Positions 52,705 to 64,000 of a DNA stretch of 64,000 bases are shown here, in pieces. Below the pieces are notes generated by a model. That model made no database searches, was not told the origin of the DNA, and saw only the letters and a list, made by a program, of their open reading frames with translations. The translations under genes were made by a program, and so were the position numbers. This DNA is from Octopus vulgaris (lineage: Eukaryota): contig OX597820.1 of NCBI GenBank assembly GCA_951406725.2, forward strand, positions 78,678,001 to 78,742,000, read 5' to 3'. Every line of letters begins with the position of its first letter. Within the stretch, counting starts at the first letter, position 1.

Positions 52705-53117
52705 GCGGCGTGATGGCAGAATCGGGCGAAATGCTTAGCGGTATTTCGTTTGCCGCTACGTTCTGAGTTCAAATTCCGCCGAGGTCGACGTTGCCTTTCA
52801 TCATTTCGGAGTCGATTAAATAAGTATCAGTTACGCACTGAAGTCGATATAATCGACTTAATCCGTTTGTCTGCCCTTGTTTGTCCTCTCTGTGTTTAGC
52901 CCCTTGTGGGCAATAAAGAAATAACAATCGTTAGCACGCCGGGCGAAATGCTTAGCGGTATTTTGTCTGTCTTTACGTTCTGGGTTCAAATTCCGTGGAG
53001 GTCGACTTTGCCTTTCATCCTTTGGGGGTCGATAAATTTAGTACCAGTTGCGTACTGGGGTCGATCTAATCGATTGGCCACCTCCCCAAAAATCTCGGGC
53101 CTACAGCAGAAAAGAAT
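52705..53117 (+). mobile_element. Two fused SINE family B copies
   Basis: First unit ends aataaagaaata (~52923); second starts aatcgttagcacgccgggcg. Confidence 0.9.
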
Positions 53118-53130
53118 ATATGCATGAGTA

Positions 53131-53192
<62 letters not shown>

Positions 53193-53234
53193 TGCGTGTG
53201 TATGTGTTAGTGTTTGCGTGCCACACGCGCGCGC

Positions 53235-53400
53235 GCGCGGCTTAACAACCAGTGTTAGTTTGTTTACGTCTCCGTAACTTAAGACTTCCACAAAAACAAG
53301 TAGCAAGTGCCAGGTTTTCAAAAATAAGTACTGGAGTCGATTTGCTAACCTAAACCCTTTAAAGCGCTGTCCCAGCTTGGCCGAAGCCCAATGACAAAAA
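53235..53400 (+). mobile_element. SINE family A, 3' half
   Basis: cttaacaaccagtgttagtttgtttacgtctccgtaac...cccagcttggccg. Confidence 0.75.
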
Positions 53401-53541
53401 AAAGCCAGACATAAAACGCTAGTATTGGTCAGAATCTCTTCTGTTTTCCTTCTTTTTCTAAACAATTACAAGTTTCTAAATAAATACTTTGTTATATAGT
53501 GAAGGTGTATATGTGTGTATGCGTATGTCTGACTGTATATT

Positions 53542-53588
<47 letters not shown>

Positions 53589-53615
53589 ATGTATACTCCA
53601 TTCTGTATATATGTA

Positions 53616-53653
<38 letters not shown>

Positions 53654-53759
53654 TATATACATATATATATTTTATATACATGTGTGTATGTATATATGTG
53701 TGTATATACGTGTGTGTGTGTCTGTTTGTAGCTATGTATATATGTTTGTGTGTATATGT

Positions 53760-53800
<41 letters not shown>

Positions 53801-54853
53801 GAGCGTTTGTTTGTGAGCGTGTGTTTTTCTATGCACTGAGTCATGTACGTATAGGTGTTTGATTTGTATTATCTTCAATACTTATTTTACATTTTATTAT
53901 ACCATAGCAAAAAAGCTAGTCACGCACCAAGCTTCAAGGCTCTTCCCACTTGGCTTCACACCAGTTTTCGTAAATTAGATGCTGAAGCGGTAACGCATTA
54001 TATGCATCTTGCTACAAGTATGTGTATGTCTTAGGTTTTTTTCTATAGCCGTTTGCTTGCATAGATGTATTTATATGTATGCGTGTATGTATGCGTATAT
54101 ATATCTTTCAATGCACACACACACACACACACAAATATGTTTGTGCGTGTGTATAGGTATATAAAGGTGTGATTGTATGTGTTTATAAGTGTCCGTTTGT
54201 GTGTGTTCGCTTCAATTCCATTCAATTAATTTTTCTAATAAACAAAGAACAGATGTCTGAATACGGTTGCATTAAAATACATGTATATATAAATTATATA
54301 CACAGATTGAAAAAATAAGTACCGGTGTCGATTCATTCGACTAAAAATTCTTCAAAATGGCACCTCAACATGGCCGCAGTCTAATGACTGAAACAAGTAA
54401 AAGCTAAATGATTGAATGATTATAGAGTCAGTGTTTACTTCAATACATGTCATTTTCAAAACTTAATAGAATCAACAGACAGAATTTTGTTTGTTTGTTT
54501 TATGATGAACAACTTGTTTTCAAATTGATGTCCGTTTTGGACCAGGTACTGCTAATAACACGAAGTAATAGAATCGCAAACATCAAGAAATATTTCGTCT
54601 CGTATTTGTGCGCATTCTTGATTATTGACTGCCCTCAAATCTTCGACTGTTGCCGATTTTGTACCGTAAACTTTATCGTTTAAGTATTCCCATGAAAAAA
54701 AAAGTGTAGCGATATTTGGGGCGGTGAATGCGAAAAGTATTCTAATGAATCTCTTTGTCCAATCCAGCTGTTTGGAAAAATATCATCAACGTTGATCCTT
54801 ATTTAACTATGGTAGTATGGGGGTGCCCCATTTTGCTAGAAATAAAACTCTAC

Positions 54854-54939
54854 GAGCATATGGCGTAGTGGCTAAGAGCGCGGGCTAATAACCCCAAGAT
54901 TCCGAGTTCGATTCCAGGCAGTGACCTGAATAATAATAA

Positions 54940-54970
<31 letters not shown>

Positions 54971-55044
54971 AAGAAGAAGAAGAAGAAGAAGAAGAAGAAG
55001 AAGAAGAAGAAGAAGAAGAAGAAGAAGAAGAAGAAGAAGAAGAA

Positions 55045-55075
<31 letters not shown>

Positions 55076-55248
55076 AAGAAGAAGAAGAAGAAGAAGAAGA
55101 AGAATACCTTAGGAATGAGAACCCATGTTCGAAATTTCCCCAAGACACCTGATAAAGGCTGGAGGGTATATCAGCCGAAACGTTGTGTTAACAACAAACA
55201 ACATGAGAACAAATATCCATCAAATGTAAATAATGTAAATAATATATG
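54854..55248 (+). mobile_element. Hammerhead-containing tRNA-headed SINE-like element, copy 3, with a 9-bp TSD
   Basis: A box tggcgtagtgg, B box gagttcgattcc, (AAT)4(GAA)n, hammerhead, aatgtaaat repeats. aaactctac at 54845-54853 and 55249-55257. Confidence 0.9.
55144..55189 (+). ncRNA. Minimal type-I hammerhead motif (G8A core mutation)
   Basis: GACAC CUGAUAA A GGCUG-gaggguauau-CAGCC GAAA CG UU GUGUU. Stems I and II pair fully. Confidence 0.65.
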
Positions 55249-56007
55249 AAACTCTACTTCTTCAAAATCCTCCAGAATTGCATGACAAATAGTCGCCGCA
55301 AATTCGTGTAAATAGGGCCAGTCACAGTAATGACAAAACTGGATGAACCAGTTAATCCTTTTGACGATAAGCTGTATCAAACTATAACACTCGATCAATT
55401 AGCATGATCTTCCTCCGTAATATGCAGATTCTCTGGTCTCTGAGGAAGTTGGCTCACTTAATCTAAATGGAGCCTCATTACCCCAAATAACCCTTTTTGG
55501 AAAGTGTGCATCTTCTACACATCTTATTATATAACACTCGCAAACTCCACTTTTCGATTTGGACCATCTTCATTGACAGTAGAGACTGTTGTTAGAATGT
55601 GACTTTTCCAACGACAACTCTTCGGAATGCGATGAACGCTTAATTTTCAAATTCTTCTGACACGACTCGCTTGCGACAGTTTTCTTGAACTCCGGCAATA
55701 TGTTTTCTTACTTTGTGGGGCTCTTCGATGTCCGCGGTCTTCCGGAACGTTACTTGAGAACATTCTGAACATTTCCATCCACGTCAAGCTTGTTTGAGTT
55801 GATGGTGTGTCGCGTTAATGTAAATTTTTGAAACTCCTCCTAAAATTGTCTTTGGGCTTAGACTGCATTTTGAAACTTCCGGTAGCACTTTAGGACAGAT
55901 TTATTCCGTTCAAAGCTTAGTTCCTTAATTATTTCTGAATGTTTAAATATAAAAATAAATTAAAATTGAGTTATCAGCTGTTAAAGTGTCTATACATTTT
56001 CTAGAAG

Positions 56008-56077
<70 letters not shown>

Positions 56078-56079
<2 letters not shown>

Positions 56080-56273
56080 ATTCGCCATGATAGATCGCTA
56101 GCCACTACACATTCTTTATTTTCTTTCTTTGTTTCTTTCTGTGTTCTTTTCTGTGGAAGAGCGTAGGCTCGAAACGTTAAAGACTTTTTCACTTCCCTAG
56201 CGTTATACTACTAATACATCTGTCTGTTGTCTGCACCACCTGTCTTCGTGTTTTGTTTTTGTGAATTCTCCCT
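56078..56273 (+). mobile_element. Short Penelope-like terminal-repeat fragment with a hammerhead-like motif (56145-56183)
   Basis: Flanked by (TA)n. ucuuuu CUGUGGA A GAG-cguagg-CUC GAAA CG UU aaaga. Confidence 0.6.
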
Positions 56274-56329
56274 ATATATATATACCGTATGGCGTGGTTT
56301 TTACCAAGTATGAGTATACCATTCAATCA

Positions 56330-56700
56330 GTTAAGAGAGTAATGATATTATCCTAATAAAAGCCACAAAAATCCTTGTGAAATACAGATATCCAGGAGAG
56401 AGACCAAGCCTTTATATTGGATCATTGGAGGAAAATTTTAATCTAGATACAATTACCATCTTCCAGCCTTAAAACACCCAGAGAAGAGGCATGCAACAAC
56501 CCTCACGGTATTAATTTGAAAACCTAAGGACGAGAAGGTCAACTATAACATCAGATGGAATATCCTTTCTAAGATCAAACCCTGTATCAAAAGGTCAAAA
56601 GATTATCCATATGCTCGCTTGAAAAATGTATCTTTGAAAAAACTTAAGTATCTCCAGTAACTGTTTAATAACCAGGAGCAAAATTTTTTTCTTTGTATCT
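56330..56700 (+). pseudogene. Penelope-like GIY-YIG endonuclease fragment
   Basis: Manual translation LYIGSLEENF, frameshift, then RYNYHLPALKHPEKRHATTLTVLI*KPKDEKVNYNIRWNILSKIKP. Confidence 0.7.
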
Positions 56701-57264
56701 GTATTTTAATCAATATATCAAAGCGGAAATTAAGGATCAAGTATCGGACACATCATAGACCATTCCAGTGTTGGTTTATGTGATTTTGATATCCGGAAGG
56801 CACTGATTATATTTACTCTGAAGTTAATTATCAGACTTAAAAAAAAGAAGAGCACTGGGGTCGTTTTTTCCGACTTGACCCTTCAGGATGGTGCTCCAAG
56901 ATGACGGAAACATTATTAGGTAGAAGATGCCATTTCATTATTGATTTACTTCGATTTTTCTTTATAAATAGCTAAGATTTATTTCGCTAATTTATTTTCA
57001 CTAATTTGTCAATTATTTCTAATCGGAAAAATACCGTCTGGAGGTCGAAGTCCTAAGAGACGTAACGGATGAATGGATAAGATTTTGGTCTCAATAGTCA
57101 TTGATTTTGAGTTGGTTAGCAACCACAGTATGTTGACCCGCCAAGTTCTATACGCATGCACGCACACACTCGTACACATATAGATATACACAAATACACA
57201 CACGTACACACTCGTACACATATAGTGATGCATAAGTGCATATACGGAGACACACACATACAAA

Positions 57265-57400
57265 TGACTGTGAAATCTGTTGCTTTTGACGATGGCTTTT
57301 TCCAGTTTTGCGGAGAAAATCGAGTGTGTGCGGTTCAATAACATCTGAAGAATCGACGGCTACTGGCACAAATTGATAGCGGTCGGTCAGGTTCGCGGCA
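57265..57400 (-). pseudogene. CRE-like RLE LINE C-terminal fragment
   Basis: NLTDRYQFVPVAVDSSDVIEPHTLDFLRK (cf. FVPxAVETxGxxGP). Confidence 0.5.
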
Positions 57401-57744
57401 ACGCCTTTGCAATCATGTCTGCAAGGCACAACTAAACACACCATTTGTTCCAGGATGTACAACCCGTTACACCCTACTCCTTCGCCCATCTTCAGCTGCG
57501 TAATCCTACCCACTTTTTTTTTCTTCTTTTCCTTTCTTGGTGGGGTGGTTATGGATTTTTTCTCAATACTTTAGTCTTTTATACTTTAATGGGTTTTTTT
57601 TTCTTTTCTTTTCTTGCTATAAAAATATGTTATTAATAAAAAGAAAAGATGCTGAAATATTCTTAAAAAATTTCTCCTATCACCCCCACCCCCCACTCAA
57701 ACACACACACACACAACACACACACACACAACACACACACACAC

Positions 57745-57775
<31 letters not shown>

Positions 57776-57804
57776 GCACAGTCACGTTTAATTTATCCTG
57801 AAAA

Positions 57805-58015
57805 TAATGGTTTCAAACTTTGGTACAGGTTTTTGAGGGGAGGGGATAAGTCGATTAGATCGACCCCAGTACTTGATTGGCACTTATTTTATCCACCCCG
57901 AAAGGATAAAAGGTAAAGCAGATCCTGATAGAATTTGAGCTCAGAGTGTGAGGATAGAAGAAGTGCCGCTAAACATTTTGTCCAGCGTGCTAACGGTTCT
58001 GCTAGGTCACCACCT
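57805..58015 (-). mobile_element. SINE family B
   Basis: aagtcgattagatcgaccccagt...cgaaaggataaaagg...cgtgctaacggttctgc. Confidence 0.85.
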
Positions 58016-58239
58016 TTGTATATCTTGAACATAATGATATTCAGACGTATTATATAACAACTCTGGCTTTTGGAATTACAGGCCTCGGCATAATTTTCTG
58101 TCTGCCAAAATTTCAATCTGAAAACTTGATTCATCACGAGGCTATGGGAAGCACTCTTGTGGAATAGAAACCGACTGCACACGATTACAAAAAGAACTAC
58201 TTATGCTCTCGGCTACTCACATTCCAGCTGTGTGTAGTG

Positions 58240-59017
<778 letters not shown>

Positions 59018-59493
59018 ATGTAAAATCGTATAACATTGATTTCTGACACAAGCACAAAAGCTGACACATTTGATAGCAAGTTGGGGGGGGAATAATCGAA
59101 TGTATGGATCCTCGATATTTGACTGATGGGGATTTTACTGTATCGAATCCCAGTAAGAAGGGCAAACAGAATCGACTGCCGATAGGATTTGAACTCAGAA
59201 CGTAAAACAACATATAAGATTATATTGATAGATAAAGGATTTATTACAAACTACACGGTGAAATAACGTGTATTGAGTGCATTTGATCAGTAAATGAGAC
59301 GACAGTGCTTTTCATGTGTGTGTGTGTATGTGTGTTATGTGTTTGTGTGTGTGGATATGTGTGTTTGTGTGTGTACGTGGGTGTGTGTGTTTGTTTGTGT
59401 GTGTGTTATGTTTTTGTGTGTGTTATATGTGTTTGTGTGTGTATTATGTGTTTGTGTGTGTGTGTTTGAGTGTATGTGTGTTTGAGTGTGTAG

Positions 59494-60086
59494 GGGTGAA
59501 CAGTAAATTCCACCAGGTGAATTTCACGATAGGTATATTCCACCATGTCAAATTCCACCATAGGTGAAATTATTATTATTATTACTATTATTATCATCAT
59601 CATCATCATTATTATTATTATTGTTATTATTATTATTATCATCATCAGCATCATCATCATAATCATCATTGTTATTGTTATTATTATCATCATCATTATT
59701 ATTATTATCATCATCATCATCATCATTATTGTTGTTATCATCATTATTATTGTTGTTGTTGTTGTTGTTGTTGCTGTTGTTGTACTATATGGCTTACGAT
59801 ATTATGGAAATAAAAAAGGAATGCACAAAAAAATAATATCAATAATGTGAATGAATACAGAAGAAATACAAGGGAGAAAAAATAATTAAGGCACAGTCAC
59901 AGGAAGAAATACAGTGTGTGCTAAAATTTGATCTTTTCTTTCTTTATCCCAAATTACATTATTTTTGAAATTTTGTGATGAATCTTTTTCATAGATTCTT
60001 GCTCGATGGGAAAACATTAAAGTGATCCCATCTCAATTCAAGTAGATTATACAGATTAAAAGATTATTTTCTATCTCACCTTCAGG

Positions 60087-60180
<94 letters not shown>

Positions 60181-60384
60181 AAGACTTGAGAGATAGACAG
60201 ATTAAATAATATATGTATTGACCCACGGTCTAGATAAACTGACCACGGGGATTTTTAGCAGGAGCAGCTTATATTGGAAGTCTGTCCATGGGTGGAATTC
60301 ACCATGATGGAATTTACCGTGGTGGAATTTACCTGGTGGTATTTTCCGTGGGGGAATATACCGCGGTGGAATGTACCTAGAACC
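59494..60384. mobile_element. Non-autonomous DNA element with inverted subterminal tandem repeats (foldback/MULE-like)
   Basis: Left (aattccacc)n at 59505-59570; right (ggtggaatt)n at 60290-60375 ending cctagaacc. Same architecture as 12335-12600. Confidence 0.55.
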
Positions 60385-60399
60385 GTGTGTGTTGTGTGT

Positions 60400-60570
60400 G
60401 TTGGTTTCTAATTTTGGTACAAGGTCAGCAAACTCGTACGCAGCTAGTTCTTATTTCATCGTACCCGAAAGGATAAAAAGCAAAGTCGACCTTGGCGGAA
60501 TTTGAACCTAGAACGTAATCAGGCACGAAATACCGTCATGCGTGCTAACAATTCCGCTAGTTCGCCTTAT
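60400..60570 (-). mobile_element. SINE family B
   Basis: cccgaaaggataaaaagcaaagtcgaccttggcggaatttgaac. Confidence 0.8.
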
Positions 60571-61125
60571 ATATGTATCAGTGTGTGTGCGGGTGCGTGT
60601 GTGTGTGTTTGTGTATAAAGAGGAACAAGTAAAATGGCGAGTAAAAAATAAATAATACCAAAAAAATAAGCAAAATATGCAAAAAATAATAATCAAATTA
60701 AACATAACAACAACAACAATAACAAAATTTATAGCCGTTTGAGCATTTAAAACTTCAGTGGTATAAATTATTCGACATGTCCATTTTTGAAATATTAAAT
60801 CTGTGTAGTGTATTGGTCGCAAAGTAGTGTAGTGGGATCGATAAATCTTGTCGATTGTTGCCAAATAAAATAATATGGAAAATATGGCAAAATAAACAAA
60901 TGAGATTACAACAAAAATAAAATATAAAACATGAGATAAAAAAGAAAGATAGAGGCGAAACGCATCAAAAGTTATTTCCTCAGAGAGAGATTGTGTAATT
61001 ATACGCTTGTATTGAATGTTAGGCTAGCAACATGATGTAAGTAGGTTTCTGGGGGGCATCAGTCTATCGATCTATTTATTTGTGTATGCTGCTTATATAT
61101 TATACACATACACACATGTGCGCGT

Positions 61126-61157
<32 letters not shown>

Positions 61158-61186
61158 ACACATGTTCACTTCCACGCGGGGCTTAT

Positions 61187-61229
<43 letters not shown>

Positions 61230-61644
61230 CAACACACACACACACGCACACAACACACACACAGATACACACACAAGCACACACACACACAAGCACACAC
61301 ATACACAAACACACAACACACACTCACACAAACACGTACGCACAAAAACACACACAAACACACAAACACAAACACACACACAATAGCAAACGGATATAAA
61401 CACACACACGCAAGCACACACACACGCAAGTACACACACACGCAAGCACACAAACATATACACACACACAATACACACACAACACACACACACACAAACA
61501 CACACAACACACACACACAACTCACACACACACACACACACACAAACAGAGGTACAGTAAATACAAGCAACGCTCATTTGCATTCATTTATGTCTGAAAA
61601 CAAGCTTAAAACATACGCATGCATATACATATAGACAGGCATGC

Positions 61645-61695
<51 letters not shown>

Positions 61696-62081
61696 TATGT
61701 ATATATATATATATATATATACATACATATAAACACACACTCACGTACATGTACATATACGTATGTGCATGTTGATGTTGACAAACATATACACATACAC
61801 ACTCACATATATATGTACATATATCCGCACACAATACACGCTCACTAAAATAGATTTATCTCAGTAAATACATACATATGAATGTATACACACATACACA
61901 TATACCAATATACATTTATATATAAATACCTACACCTATAAGCATGTGTATGTTACAGTGTATGTGTGTGTATGTATGTATGTATGTATGTATGTATGCT
62001 TGTATGTGTTTGTATGTATATATGTATGTGTGTGATGTATGTATGTATGTATGTATGTATGTATGTATGTATTAAGCATGT

Positions 62082-62514
62082 AGGCGCAGGAGTGGCTGAG
62101 TGGTAAGAAGCTTGCTTCCCAACCACATGGTTCCGTGTTCAGTCCCACTGCGTAGCACCCTGGGCATCTTGTTCTTGTTATTTCGACCTCTTGGGCAAAA
62201 GCCTTGTGAATTTGGTAAACGGAAACTAAAAGAAGCCCATCGTACATATATGTATGTATATATATGTATATATATATTTGAGTGTGTATGTGTGTATGTA
62301 TGTTCGCATGTATATGTTTGTAAGTTTGTGTTTGTCCTCCCAACATTGCTTCACAACCGATGTTGGTGTGTTTACGCCACCGAAACCTAGCGGTTCAGCA
62401 AAAGAGAACTATAGAATAAGTACTGGTCTTACAAAGAATAAGTCCTAGGGTCGACTTCTTCGACAAAAGGCGGTGCTTCAGCATGGCCGCAGTCAAAATG
62501 ACTGAAACAAGTAA
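62082..62514 (+). mobile_element. SINE family A, full length
   Basis: aggcgcaggagtggctgagtggtaag...ggcggtgcttcagcatggccgcagtcaaaatgactgaaacaagtaaa. Confidence 0.92.
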
Positions 62515-62685
62515 ATGAGTATGTATGTATGTATGCATGTATATGTGTATGTATGTATTATGTATGCATGTATGTATGTATGTATTATGTATGTATTATG
62601 TATGTATGTGTATGTATGTACTATGTATACATATATATATATATATATATATATAATGTGTGTGTGTGTGTATGTATGTATTAAG

Positions 62686-62716
<31 letters not shown>

Positions 62717-62863
62717 TATGTATGTAAGTATAAACATGCCGTACCTGTAATGTGGAACTCTTAGAAATTCAGGACAGTCTGAAAAACTGATGGAATGTGT
62801 TAATTAGAAAGGAAGAATAAGGAGAAAAACTGCAACAGCGGAACAGGTAAATGGTCTAAAAAG

Positions 62864-62932
<69 letters not shown>

Positions 62933-63539
62933 CAGATACTGTCTTCTGGGAGAGAATTCAAAATAAGTGAAGTCTTGTAGAAATAATTCTGCAATAGACA
63001 TGAGCATCACATCTAAAGTGGACGATGAGAAAATGTCTACAGAGAAATAATGAGCAACTTTTAGACACTACACAGTTTATGTTGTCGGGTTTCCAATTGT
63101 AGCAACGGTCACTGGACCGATTTGTTATGTGATAAAAATGGTTCAAAGCTATGAGATTTCACCTTTACAAAGGTCTCCTTCAAACAGTTGATTAACTGAC
63201 TTCAGTTACAGTCTGTCTGTCATGAGGAAATGTTTAAAATATGTAAAACATTCCGGATTCTGCTATAGATCAGTTGGAATTCGTATCTATTCCACCCCAA
63301 CGAATTTTATCGTTTAATGAGTTAAGTTTGTATTAATGAAAATTGAAAAATATCACTGAAGAGACAATACGTACAAATATACTGCGTTGACAGATAAATT
63401 CGTTCGTTTCTTTCCGATGTTGTTTGAATTTATACCAGAAATACTTTTTATGGAGGTTTCCAGCTCTATTCTTTCTCTGCAACTTTCGTTTACTGTTTTT
63501 GAAATTTGAATAAATTTTATCTCTTTGCAGACATTGATG

Positions 63540-64000
63540 ATGGAATGCCAAGCAGAAAAATAATGATCATTTTCAAAACCTGCTTCTCTTCGCTTTCAAT
63601 CAAAGTTCCAAAACTTTCAAAGCCGCCTCAAGACATTTGTGCTGTATATGGAAAAAAAAGTGCTATTTCGATAAAAAAAAAAGAGCTCTACAGAAATAGA
63701 AATTCAGCCTCACAAACTCTGCGGTTCGACCAATCTGTTCAGTTGTATGAAGATCGATTGAACCAACTCATCCAGGAGGATCCACGTCACTCCATTGGGG
63801 AATTAAAACGGCGATAGGATACTCTCATGATACCTTGTCACCTTCACTCGATGGCTAAGGTGCAAATGACCTAACCGGTGATACAGTGAGATTCTCCCCG
63901 TCGTAAATGCTATTTGGGTTGAGAAGTTCTACCGCACCCACCGTATTCTCTTTATATTAGGCCTTCAGGTTATCATCTTTTTGCAACGACTTTCAATCAG
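63540..64000 (+). pseudogene. Degraded, internally deleted mariner transposase
   Basis: DICAVYG..SAIS; EDRLNQLIQEDPR; EVLPHPPYSLYIRPSGYHLF (cf. HPPYSPDLAPSDYHLF). Confidence 0.8.

Larger units (their letters stand above)
54530..55930 (-). pseudogene. Degraded Tc1/mariner-superfamily transposase, split by the hammerhead element
   Basis: Manual translation VLKCYRKFQNAV*AQRQF...RSGRPRTS; NEDGPNRKVEF; after the insertion QNGAPPYY...FPNSWIGQRDS (cf. QQDGAPPH...FPNRWIGR). Confidence 0.7.

Noticed and set aside
54854-54930. tRNA gene (also heads at 36620, 52010, 62082)
   Set aside because: A and B boxes are present, but there is no convincing acceptor stem and each continues into a dispersed repeat body; these are SINE heads.

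Overview
Eukaryotic, AT-rich DNA saturated with repeats. No host protein-coding gene can be supported. The repeat complement (several tRNA-derived SINE families, dense (TA)n/(CA)n/(TACA)n/(GATA)n/(AAT)n microsatellites) resembles octopus genomic DNA; this is an inference from recall, not from a search. Almost all ORFs in the supplied track are microsatellite artefacts. The real coding remnants are all transposon-derived: a long uninterrupted hAT (Buster/Charlie/SPIN-type) transposase, R4/Dong-, HERO-, CRE- and CR1-type LINE fragments, two Penelope-like GIY-YIG fragments and three Tc1/mariner fragments. There are also MITEs and non-autonomous Helitrons. The most interesting signal is 8-9 minimal type-I hammerhead-ribozyme-like motifs from about five families. 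Three of them sit in a short element built as tRNA-like Pol III head + microsatellite + hammerhead + (AATGTAAAT)n tail, and one copy has a clean 9-bp TSD. This is a candidate ribozyme-bearing SINE that may be mobilised by Penelope-like elements. A second highlight is an apparent hAT hairpin (P-nucleotide) excision footprint at the exact point where the hAT element lost one end. SINE family letters A-F are my own working labels. Boundaries of degraded repeats are approximate.
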